A model generated the notes under the pieces. The model saw only the letters and a list, made by a program, of their open reading frames with translations. It had not been told where the DNA came from and did no database searches. Below are positions 1 through 10,295 of a stretch of 45,374 nucleotides of DNA, piece by piece (position 1 is the first letter of the stretch; each line of letters starts with the position of its first letter). Both the position numbers and the translations under genes were made by a program. This DNA comes from Asterionella formosa (lineage: Eukaryota). Location: the NCBI GenBank assembly GCA_002256025.1, contig NKIB01014270.1, positions 1 through 45,374 on the forward strand. The letters run 5' to 3'.

Positions 1-314
1 GCACGGCAGCCAACAAAATCGGACTACCCGTACTGGCATGTGAGTGGTCATGCAATACCTGGTACTGGCACCCCCCTGGTACCAGTTATAACATTGCATG
101 ACGCATGGCCGTGGTGATTCATACCAGTGCGGTATGAGGTACCGTAGTTGAAGTTTACCTATGATACCTACCGGTGGTATTATTTATACATGACAATCAT
201 TTCAATCAAAGAGGAAGATTCTTATCCACCTGATTAGAAATCGACCGTACCTACTCTGCGGTACCTAAATAAAAGGCATTATCAATTAATCCATTTCTTT
301 CGTCCCTGTCCATC

Positions 315-2897
315 ATGAGCTTTCAGCGAAGTATTGTGTTCTCCACCTTGTTGTTGGCATCAACGAGTGCTTTCGTGATTCCATGCTTTTCCCCCTCCCG
401 GTTGGGATCATCACACAAAGGCATACAGCTCCGCGTGAAGCCCAGTCCGGTCGAGGAAGCGGCAACTCTCAAGGCACAGGCAGAGCGCATACGACTGGAA
501 GCAGCGAAGATGGATTCTGCTCTGACCTTGAAAAAAATTGCAAGTATCGAAAAGAAGCTGAACGATTCATCGTGGCTCGAGAAGCATTCAGACGAAAAGG
601 TGATACTTTTGAAACAGCTGGTAGACCTACAAAACAAACTCGACGACAGGCCACCAACTGGTTATACCGATACCTCTCGCGCTAGCGAAAAGAGCGAGAC
701 CCCTCGCGCTATCAAAAAGAGCATGCTCTCCTCCGCTGATGTCGCCAAGGGAGTGGACTCGGTCGTAGCCGCTGTGACTCAATCCCTCAATCTAGATCGA
801 CCAGTTGTGACTCTGTCGTCAGAGGAGCTGGAAAGACGGCGTCTCAAGGCATTTCCCATTGGAGGCTTTGACCAAAAAGACTTGGATCTTTATATACCGG
901 TGGCACGCGAAATAGAAGCCATGATGACCAATGCTACAATGGCCGAAAAACTCGTAGCTTTTCGAGAGCAGCCCAACTTGCAAGAACATTTTCAAGCTAA
1001 GATTCAGGCACTCTTGGTGAAACCAATCGAAGACATGGCCAAATTAGATGATCTGAAGAAGCAATACTTTTCCTCGCGATCGAGAATTGAAAAAGAATCA
1101 ATTAAGCGAGAAATGGATCGGCTGGAAGAATCATACGAAAATGATAGTCCTATCGCCTTTGCACACTCTATTTACCGTGGCACCCCGCCAATGTCAGAAC
1201 AAGAAATGGAATTGAGACTGAAAACCATGGGTGAACTCCCACAAATGCTTCAAGATTTATTCAAAAGGAGAACTGGAGTGGAGAGTGGTGGAAGCCTGAG
1301 GCTTGCTATTGAGTTGGAGCACTTCGAACAACAAATACAACTTTTGGATCAAATCCGATTCCTTGCTCCGCTGGATAGTTTTGCGCGAGATGACGCAATC
1401 AATGGCTTTGAATCCATGCCAGAATCTATTCGACAATTTTTTTGCAAGAATATTGGTCTTGCTGAGGATTCTAATGCTACTACCGTCATATCCAAGTTGG
1501 AAAATGGCGCCGTCTTTGGACAGTTGGGTAGCAAAAATCGTGTTGTTGCTCAAGGTTCTATTCCTGACTTGCCTGAATACAACGACATAGATTTTGTGGA
1601 CCGATCGCGATATGCCGAGGAGTTTATTCCCGCATTTACTAGAATGGAGGATCGTCGACCAACACCGGAGCAGCTTGATACATTCATAAACGAAGTTCTC
1701 AGCAAGAAGACCTTCACATTAAAAAGTAAGCCTGAAAGAGTGCTTGGTGGATATTATCTTCGTGGTAAGAATCAATTTGAGAGTGGAGAGGGAATTCCAA
1801 CGGCCGGTGACAAGCTGGTCTCCGCACTCAATGACAACCTTAGCAAGTCCTCATTGGTTGGAGTAATTCAGTTCTTTTACATTCTGGACCCCACGCCTCC
1901 AAGCGATGAGGAGATTGAGCAGGGCGGTGATGCAGAACCAATTTTACTTGTCACCACTGTTGACGCTGATCACTTTTATAAATTGCTTCTTCCTCGCAAC
2001 AAATTCTTAATTTCTGCATCTGGTTTTCTGTCTGCATTTGTACTAGCTCTGAGTACTTGCGAATTGAATGGATTCAATTACGATCAATTCAATGCTCAAT
2101 TGGAGGCGTATAAAGCTGGAACTGGTGATTTGGACATCTCGTGGTTAACCGACATGGCAGCACCAGTCGCGATTTACCTAGTTGGAATTCAAATGGCGCA
2201 TGAATTGTCTCACCGGTTAGTGGCTTGGAAGGATAAGTTTGACATTTGCCTCCCAAGTTTTATCCCTTCAGTCCAGTTGGGACTCACCGGTGCCATTACT
2301 TCATTCAAATCACCCCCACCAAACTTCAAGTCCATGTTCGATTTTTCGATTGTTGGTCCGCTCTCAGGTATGGCTCTGTCCTTGGTTCTCTTGGTCAATG
2401 GACTTGGTGAAACCATCCACATGGATATGGCTCACCAAGCTGCTCTTCCCGCGCTTCCTATTGGATTGTTGAGAGCAAGCGCCTTGGGTGGAGGCTTAGT
2501 AGAAATGTTCTTGGGCAATGGTGTGCTGGACTCACCAAACGAATCTGTCCTTCCGCTAAGCCCTTTAGCCATTGCTGGTTTTCTTGGTCTTATTACCAAC
2601 GCCCTGGCCCTACTTCCCCTTGGTCATACTGATGGTGGAAGGATAGCAGTCACAATGCTCGGTAGAAGGGGAACGTTCGTAATCAAATCGATCACCACAC
2701 TGTTGCTATGTGCTATTGGTCTCTTCGGTTTTGACTCACAGGAGATCTTCCTCGTGTATGTATTTTTTGTTACCATTTGGCAGCGTGAACTCGAATCACC
2801 AATCCAGAATGAAGTTGACGAACTTGACTTTGGGCGATGTTGTATTGGAATTGCGGCAGCTCTCCTTGTCGCCCTCACACTACTTCCCCACACATAG
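315..2897 (+). CDS. Plastid-targeted peptidase M50 (site-2 protease, EGY-like) membrane zinc metalloprotease, 860 aa
   Basis: Uninterrupted ORF. Signal peptide ends in STSA-FVIP, resembling the diatom ASAFAP bipartite plastid signal. HELSH (HExxH) lies in a hydrophobic segment; also GPLSG and NALALLPLGHTDGG (NxxPxxxxDG third zinc ligand), with a multi-TM C-terminus. Confidence 0.9.
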   Translation: MSFQRSIVFSTLLLASTSAFVIPCFSPSRLGSSHKGIQLRVKPSPVEEAATLKAQAERIRLEAAKMDSALTLKKIASIEKKLNDSSWLEKHSDEKVILLKQLVDLQNKLDDRPPTGYTDTSRASEKSETPRAIKKSMLSSADVAKGVDSVVAAVTQSLNLDRPVVTLSSEELERRRLKAFPIGGFDQKDLDLYIPVAREIEAMMTNATMAEKLVAFREQPNLQEHFQAKIQALLVKPIEDMAKLDDLKKQYFSSRSRIEKESIKREMDRLEESYENDSPIAFAHSIYRGTPPMSEQEMELRLKTMGELPQMLQDLFKRRTGVESGGSLRLAIELEHFEQQIQLLDQIRFLAPLDSFARDDAINGFESMPESIRQFFCKNIGLAEDSNATTVISKLENGAVFGQLGSKNRVVAQGSIPDLPEYNDIDFVDRSRYAEEFIPAFTRMEDRRPTPEQLDTFINEVLSKKTFTLKSKPERVLGGYYLRGKNQFESGEGIPTAGDKLVSALNDNLSKSSLVGVIQFFYILDPTPPSDEEIEQGGDAEPILLVTTVDADHFYKLLLPRNKFLISASGFLSAFVLALSTCELNGFNYDQFNAQLEAYKAGTGDLDISWLTDMAAPVAIYLVGIQMAHELSHRLVAWKDKFDICLPSFIPSVQLGLTGAITSFKSPPPNFKSMFDFSIVGPLSGMALSLVLLVNGLGETIHMDMAHQAALPALPIGLLRASALGGGLVEMFLGNGVLDSPNESVLPLSPLAIAGFLGLITNALALLPLGHTDGGRIAVTMLGRRGTFVIKSITTLLLCAIGLFGFDSQEIFLVYVFFVTIWQRELESPIQNEVDELDFGRCCIGIAAALLVALTLLPHT

Positions 2898-2988
2898 ATA
2901 TACAATAATCGGTCGCATCTGCATGTATTGTTTAAGTAGCTTTTTGCATATTTCTTATTGTTATTCTATATTTTTGAGTTCGACTTCG

Positions 2989-5367
2989 TTATTGAATGGG
3001 TATAAGACTCAACAGAGTAACGATTCCTAATCCCGTAGCAAACATCACACGGACAAACGATACACTGTCGACTTCATTTCGGATTGGAATCTCAGTTCCT
3101 AGCTGGAAGATCAAACAAAAAAGGGCATAGAAAAGGAAGAGGTCATCACCAAAGAACCCAACGCCGAGCAAGGCGAGCAGAGAGACCTGTCCAACAAAAC
3201 CCTTGCCCTCTCTGCCAAATACAGCCTGGGCAATTCGACCACCATCGGTGACCCCGATTGGTAATAAGGCAATAGTATTCACAATGAGACTGAAAAAGCC
3301 GGATATGGCAACAGGATGTAGCGGAATATTTATGGAGTTGACCAATTCAGATGCTCCGTTGGGAATTGAAAGTGTTCCACTACCAAGGACGGATTCAATG
3401 ATTCCCCCACCAAGGCTACTTTGTCGCAAAATCTGGAGAGGTAATGCAGGAAAAAGCGCTGAAGTGGATGCATCGGCACCGACAGTCAGCTGAAGTCCTA
3501 TGTACAGAGCCACCACGGAAGCAATGATTCCAAATAATGGGCCAGCTACAGCGAAATCAAAGAGTTGGTTGTAGTTCTTAGCAGGTGATTTCAACGAGGT
3601 TAAAGTGCTTGTGATGCCTGTTGTGATAGATGGAACAAAAGTTGGTAAAGTGATGTTCAAACCGTACGCACCCGCTGCAATGCGGTGTCCTACTTCGTGA
3701 GTCAGCTGGATTCCCATGAAAGTTGCAAACAAAGGAAACGAGAGGTCCGTGAGCCATGACAGATCGTATGCCATGGACGCATCTGCCAGCGACACTTGCT
3801 CGTCGACTCGTTTTGACAACTCGTCGTTGAAAAGAAATGGAAAGATCGAAAGGTACCATGAAGTGGCGATTCCACACGCAGAAACTAAAGTCTTGGCGAT
3901 TCGTCGAGGTTCTTGTGCGATATCTGCCCCAGTAATGAAGAGGGCTTGCTTTGGGGAAAATATTTGGTCCATTAATTTCGATGGGTCGTCCGAAATGTTA
4001 ACTGCAAGAAAGAGAGGAAGACTCAAGTAAGTGACTGTGATTTTGTCTCTAAGGGCTGGATATTTTCCAAGTGCATCGTCAATTTTGTCAATCAAATCGT
4101 CACCACTCTTTTCCTTGCAAGTTCCGCGAATGGAATATCCACCAAAAACACGAGTGGGCTTTCCACTTGCGGAAAAACCAACCTTTGGCAATACCTCAGT
4201 CATTAAAAGGGTGGCCTGAGCTTCAGTGGGTTCTTTTCCTTCTTTGGCTACAGAATTCGGAAACAACGCCTGGAAGGTTAAAAATTCATCACCCTCGTCC
4301 ATAACGTTGGTTATGTTGCTGAAGTCGAGAAAATCCTCCAAAGTCTCATTACCGCCGAAAAAGAATCGTTCAAGGTATTTCGATTTGTAATACTTGTTTG
4401 TCATTTCTTGCAAAATGAATGTATCGTCGTCGACTCGCTTCGGGAACTTGTTTGTGAACACAAAAAGAGGTGATTTCTTAAATTCTTCAATATCCTCTTT
4501 GGAAAAGGTTGGTGGAGGCGTATTTGTTCTCAGGACTGTATAGTCATTTGCACCTATTTTTGCAGAGCGAAGAGCGAACTCAGTCGCATTGATCTCAGAT
4601 ACTCGATTCACATTCATGCCGACTAAATTGGCCATGACAAGTTTGGTCTCGTCAGACATCTCAACAAACTCAGATGATTTTTTATCAATAAATGCCTTGT
4701 CGATGACAGGTCCAAAGTCGATTTCTACTTCCTTTTCTTCCTTGACTGGCACTTGTGTCGACGCTCCAGCATAGTCAACAATTACTGGGAGTGGATCTTC
4801 ACCTCTCATTTTTCGTTGTAGCGTGTCCATACTCTTCAGTAAGTCTTCCACTGAATTACCCTTGGACTTGACAGCTGCCATTTCCTTTTCTAACTTTGAT
4901 ATCTTGGATAAGGTAAGTTGAACGTCCATCCTTTCTGCTTCGAGACGAGCACGTTGCGCTTGCGCCCTCAAGGCCTGAGCCTGCTCTAAAGGAGTTAGGG
5001 GTTGTGGTTTGACCTTTTGGGGTGATGGCTCTTCCGCAACAATAGTTGCAGTAACGACATTGGAAGGAGGATCCGTTTCGCTTTCTGTCCTTTCCTTTGC
5101 GCTAGCAAAGAAAGGTAGAGCTTTGTTGTCGGAAGCCTCTTTCTCCGAGGACAAAGGAGGGGATTCGTTTTCACTGACGTTGCTCTCTCCTTCGTTTTCT
5201 TTTCGTTTTTGCCAGAAAAAGTTGAGTTGTGTCGAAGGGGGAGGAACGTTGGCGATGATGGAAACCAATTTCCAGGATCTATGAGCTGTTGGCATGAACG
5301 AGTTCGCAGGCTCCGACTGGGACGCAAGCGCCACCAAGAAAGCGATTACCTGTTTCTGAAACGACAT
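2989..5367 (-). CDS. Second plastid-targeted peptidase M50 (EGY-like), paralogue of 315..2897
   Basis: ORF 2989..5619, with the likely start at ATG 5367 (MSFQKQVIAFLVALASQSEPANS-FMP, signal plus F-motif). Contains HEVGH, FDFAVAGP and NTIALLPIGVTDGG, and shares an N-terminal coiled-coil motif with the neighbouring gene. Confidence 0.88.
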   Translation of the reverse strand: MSFQKQVIAFLVALASQSEPANSFMPTAHRSWKLVSIIANVPPPSTQLNFFWQKRKENEGESNVSENESPPLSSEKEASDNKALPFFASAKERTESETDPPSNVVTATIVAEEPSPQKVKPQPLTPLEQAQALRAQAQRARLEAERMDVQLTLSKISKLEKEMAAVKSKGNSVEDLLKSMDTLQRKMRGEDPLPVIVDYAGASTQVPVKEEKEVEIDFGPVIDKAFIDKKSSEFVEMSDETKLVMANLVGMNVNRVSEINATEFALRSAKIGANDYTVLRTNTPPPTFSKEDIEEFKKSPLFVFTNKFPKRVDDDTFILQEMTNKYYKSKYLERFFFGGNETLEDFLDFSNITNVMDEGDEFLTFQALFPNSVAKEGKEPTEAQATLLMTEVLPKVGFSASGKPTRVFGGYSIRGTCKEKSGDDLIDKIDDALGKYPALRDKITVTYLSLPLFLAVNISDDPSKLMDQIFSPKQALFITGADIAQEPRRIAKTLVSACGIATSWYLSIFPFLFNDELSKRVDEQVSLADASMAYDLSWLTDLSFPLFATFMGIQLTHEVGHRIAAGAYGLNITLPTFVPSITTGITSTLTSLKSPAKNYNQLFDFAVAGPLFGIIASVVALYIGLQLTVGADASTSALFPALPLQILRQSSLGGGIIESVLGSGTLSIPNGASELVNSINIPLHPVAISGFFSLIVNTIALLPIGVTDGGRIAQAVFGREGKGFVGQVSLLALLGVGFFGDDLFLFYALFCLIFQLGTEIPIRNEVDSVSFVRVMFATGLGIVTLLSLIPIQ

Positions 5368-6849
5368 GGTGGTGTAAAGATGCTTCTCGAGTGGAAGGCC
5401 CCTTCGATGAAAACTTGTTTCTAATAAGTGGTACCAGCTACCGGTATCTCGAGGATATGTTGTTTGTATGTAGCTTGGTTGTCTTTTTACTCCTTTTTCG
5501 CTCTGCTTTTTATTCGAAGAATGATGAACAGATCGTCGGAACATACCGTAATGAGGATGGTGTATGCAAATGTTGATGTTTCGCGTCAGCACCTCCTCTA
5601 CGACAAGCACAGCGATCATCCTTGGTTCTTCATTTTGTTACGGGGGAGTGAGTGCATTGCATTACCGGTATTTACACTGGTACCTGGTAATCTGGTAGAC
5701 TACATAAGGTACCAGGTAGTACCCGGTACCTGGTACCAGGTACGGTATCGGTAAAACAATTAAATACATAGTATTCTTAACGCAAATGAATAACAGAAGA
5801 CCTCGTCTGCCGGTATACAAGTAGCGACGTGCTCCGAGTACGGGTATGATACCGGTACAAATCAAAATACATATTCTGGATCTTTGTTCTATCTTGTCCG
5901 TCAACCTCCACGTGGTGTCGAACCATCAACTACCGCACTCCAAACCCGTTCATGGAGTCCTGTGCCCCGTCGTGCGTACGTAATCAGGCGCAACACTCCC
6001 AAATATTTGATGTGTACAGAAAAAATAAATGTATATTATTGCATTCGATTTGTTAATGCATATATAAACTATAATCGTATTATTACCTGTCACTATCATG
6101 GAACAACAATCAACAACTAAACAAGTAATGCCAGTGGCATTTGGGATGGCGATATTATCCTTGCCCTGAGGAAGAGGTATTTCAACAGTCTAAGCAAGCT
6201 GCAAGTAATAGCAAGCTTGTTGTGGTGCAATTTTGAAGCTGAACAATGCTACAGGCTCAGGCAGTGCTGGCCTTGTTGTCTGCTTGCCAGAAGCATTCAT
6301 AGATCATTTTCGTCTCCTGCATGATGCAGAAATATTTCATGCCTGTCATAATTCTGCTCCAATAAACATATAAGTGATGTGGTGGCTCATCTCAATTTCT
6401 ATCACAATCTAAGTTGTAGAACCTACGCAGTCTGTTACCAACATAAGATCATTAGTAGGTACAAACATGTACACACTCTAGGAATTGCTATAGAAGCCAT
6501 AAAGAAATTAGGGCATGTCAGCACACAAAAAATATATTCTATTGGCTGATCATAAAAACCATTTGAATTAGCAACAATATATCTTTTAATTGCTGCTATT
6601 TAAGTTTTAGTAGACTATAGAGAAAAGGGTGTATAAGATGATTTGTTTGTAATGCATGCTCAATCAATTGACATTTGTTATTACAAGCTTGTAATCGAAG
6701 TCCAAGGCACATTAATATACATGAATCTTCATCTTATTTACAAGGTCTTCGATTGCCACTGGCACATGTTGATAGCACTGGCTGCTGCTTTAGTGCTGGA
6801 TTGAACAGGCCAGAGTCAATTACATGACATGATCATGGTAAGCCAACAT

Positions 6850-7560
6850 GTACTGAGCGAATTTTCTTGAATAGAAAATTTATTCCTCTGATAGACATGA
6901 TCTAACACTGCCCCTTGCCCCATTCATTGCTCCTTCAGTCACAGGTTTCACTCCAAGCGAAGTCGCTTGGTATGCCCCTTTGGCACAGGCAGCACACATA
7001 TGTGCAACTCCCTGTATCTCTGCAAGCAATTTCAGCATGAGGACACTTCGGTGTAAACATGATGACCTCAAGGCAACTAACTTCAAGCTTGGTCCCAGTA
7101 AATGTGCTCATCATTCCTTTGCTCGCTTTCAAGATGTCAGTACTACATTTTGACATGATGTGTCGCAAACTTGAATCAAGGTTGACGATTTCATGTGCAT
7201 CTTGCCCTAAATTGACAGTGTTATCATAATAAGGTAAGGTTTTGCCATCAATCAACCCTCTTCTCCAAAAAACTTGCATTAGCCCCTTTGCCTTGATTTC
7301 CCAGCCTTCTTTGTCTTACATTCTTACGAAAAAATATCTCGCATTATTTTTACCTTTGGTGTTAGCTCCTCTTGAAACAAAGTCAGCAGTCAATTCCGAA
7401 CCAAGTTTGAGTTGTGTTTTTATTGCAATACTAGCGACATCATTTTGGCATGAACGTCGCTCACCAGGAGTCATCCAGCAGAATGGACCAATTGAACAGG
7501 CTGGATTAGGAGAAGATGTTGTGTTTGTACCAGCAACTTGCTGTTGTGGGTCATAGATTC
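6850..7560 (-). mobile_element. Decayed IS630/Tc1-like DDE transposase fragment (frameshifts and stops)
   Basis: Minus-strand pieces GPFCWMTPGERR, EGWEIKAKGLMQVFWRRGLID, SLRHIMSKC and FTPKCPHAEIA. These match the GWxGKxKGxxQVLWERG ... PKxHxExxxIE pattern of eukaryotic IS630/Tc1-like transposases (recalled pattern, not searched). Boundaries are approximate. Confidence 0.65.
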
Positions 7561-8246
7561 CAAGAAATCAAGGTCTCTGTTCAAGGATGGTTGATTGGAC
7601 AATGAAATTGTTGTCACCACAGCTTCTATAACATTGGTATCTATAGGTGATTGAGCGTATGAAATAACATTGTATTGTACAAACAACCGAACATTGTTAT
7701 CTACAGGTGATAGTGGGTACGCAAATAAGAAGTAGAAACTACCTACCATCGGCATCTATGTAAACGTTAATCATACATCATTTACAAGGAGCAGAAAGTA
7801 TTATCTGTAAAATCTTATGTTTATATCCTATTCATTCGATAAATGCATATTGATCATATGATAGACGATGCAATTGATATGAGAAAATGAATGATCAAAA
7901 TTAATTTTAAGCAATAGGATATATTGATGTTAAAAGTAAGATCAAAGGAACTAAATATTGTTATCCGTGATCTATTTTTATTGGCAATCATTTCTAACCA
8001 GAAAGTATAATCTGTTATTCATAAAGCTTGATTCGTAAATCCTACACATTTGATCAGAGTATATTAGAGTATATTTATTATATGATAAACGGTGTCAATG
8101 ATATGGTTAGTATATGATTTGTACCGTATGAAAAATGTGGTATGACTATATCTCACCATATTTTGAACGTTCAAATTTGATTAGAATTACGATCATGGTG
8201 TCGCTGTAACTGCAAGCTCAAGAGTGATCCCTGAAAATGCTGAGCC

Positions 8247-8316
8247 ATAACCAGACACAATAGGAAAGAGAATTCGAGCCAATAATCCTACAGTAGCAAA
8301 CCAACCTGGCACTAGA
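8247..8316 (-). repeat. Diverged copy of about 70 bp of the MFS gene's last exon (8726..8795)
   Basis: ATAACCAGACACAATAGGAAAGAGAATTCGAGCCAATAATCCTACAGTAGCAAACCAACCTGGC versus ATAACCAGACACAATAGGAAAGAACATTCGAGCCAATGATCCTGCAGAAGCAAACCAACCTAGC. Confidence 0.85.
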
Positions 8317-8611
8317 GAAATGAGGCCCTTACCATTGCTGAAGCTAGTTCATACCCTCAGTTGTAACAAAGTCTAGACTTAGGCATTTGAAAAATGGTAG
8401 GTATGGTGAAAGCTAATTGTACCATAAACAATTTTCTATGAACAGACAAAATGCATAGGGTTCACTACTTCAAAGAAATACTTTGGTGAAAATTTTACCT
8501 TGTGTAGGTCATAACTACGTGGCCACAACCTTAACTCAAAAAGTAAGTATACATGTATACCTTTGCCTATGGTCATGTTTGCACCTAAAAAATATTTGTT
8601 TAATTTACAAT

Positions 8612-10295
8612 TTAGCTTGATAGTTTATGCAGTGTGTCCCTACTTGCAAGAACAAAGACTGTCGACAGGACCAGAATAAATGTCAGCAACCAAAACATGA
8701 CGGAAACGTCACTGTAATTGGACAGATAACCAGACACAATAGGAAAGAACATTCGAGCCAATGATCCTGCAGAAGCAAACCAACCTAGCAATAGACCTTG
8801 TGGCCTCCTACCAATAATCTTGGAAAACAAGCCAATAACTGCTGTATGCCCAATAGGATAGCCAATGGAGTACATCATAAAAAAGGCAAAGACATACCTC
8901 CAAATCGAATTGTTGGCACCTTGTTCCAGACTTGTCAAACTGATAATTCCAATACACATGATAATCATACCTCCACAAATCAACTGAATATCTGATATCA
9001 ATGTAGCCAATTTGCCCATACACAAGAGCGAAATTACTCCTATAGAACCACATGCTGCTACAATCGTCCCTGCCACAGATGAATCCAACTGAAAGTGAGT
9101 GGCAGCATAAGAAATTCCCAACGTTTCAAAGGACGCAATGGATCCCTTGGTCGAAACGTTCAGCAGCATGCATCCCAAAATACAAGCATCATATGTGGTC
9201 ATTCCAAAAACTGTCTTTGACAGGGCAAAGTCAGCAATGGCAGACTGTTGAGGGTTTAATTTTCTTCTGTCTTTTACGGTTTGAATACGGTGTCGGTCCT
9301 TAAAAAAAAGCAGGAGGAGAAGCATTGTGACGGTGCAAATAATTGTCATGAAATAAGCGGGAGCGGTGTATTTGTTCAATCGTAGGGGACTGTGATGAAG
9401 CACAGTGACATTGTAAGTACAGAGTGAAACAAATAGAGTCAGTCAAACAAAATCATGTGGTGACGAATTTTTCATTCGTTGCTCAGCTGGTAACTCACCC
9501 TACTTGATAATCTCGATTCCCCAAAATCTTACAAAACAAGGCTCCAATAAAGGGTGTGACAGTGAAGCCTGCATATTGAACTGCCGTAGACCACGCCATG
9601 TAGGTGGTTCGATTTCTCTTGGCCGTGACATCTGCCACAAAGGCTCGGGTAACCCCTAGCGTCCCACTTCCAACGCCTAACACCGTCTGCGCAACAATCA
9701 AAAATTCCACTCGTCCTACATTTTGAACTTGTGCGTAACACAGCGTACCCAGCAATAAAACAAAACACGATAGCAGAAGTGTTTTGGAGTATCCCATGGA
9801 CATGCTCCATGCTCCAAAGAGTGGGTTGACCAATATTCGTCCAAACGAAAAGGCGGCGACGGCATATCCAAGAGTGACGGTGGTTCCGCCCAAACTCTCC
9901 ACCAGAGGCCACATGGTGGGGAACATGACGCCTCGTGACATGTCACCAATCAAAATGACGAGACAAACAATGGAAAACCCAGTCACGTCGTGTATTCCGT
10001 CCGCTGATTCGACACTCCCTCGGAGGGAAGACGAAATGGATAGCGAGTGATCTTCCTCCTTCGGATAGACGGGAGGAACCGTGGAGGCTCCTGCCAGTAT
10101 ATCCAAGGACACGTATTCTGTTTCATGTTTCCGTGACGAGTCGCAGGAAAGGAGATCTGGGGGATGGAAGGGATGATTGTCTGCTCCTCCAGATGGCGAG
10201 TGTGCTCCCAATGCAAAGTACGGGGTCTCGACGGTTTGTTGGGCCCCATTATCAGAAAGGAGATCAGGAGGACCTCCGCCCGCAGAATGGTTCAT
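8612..10295 (-). CDS. Major facilitator superfamily transporter (MFSD8/CLN7-like), 2 exons (10295..9499, 9389..8612), about 524 aa
   Basis: Two hydrophobic ORFs are joined in frame by a phase-2 GTGAGT...CACAG intron at 9498..9390. MFS motifs include AAFSFGRILVNPLFGAWS, GVGSGTLGVTRAFVADVT and GWFASAGSLAR. First ATG is at 10295. Confidence 0.85.

Noticed and set aside
5368..5619. 84-codon N-terminal extension of the second M50 ORF
   Set aside because: The signal peptide and the MSFQ start shared with the paralogue begin at 5367; the upstream part looks like UTR or promoter.
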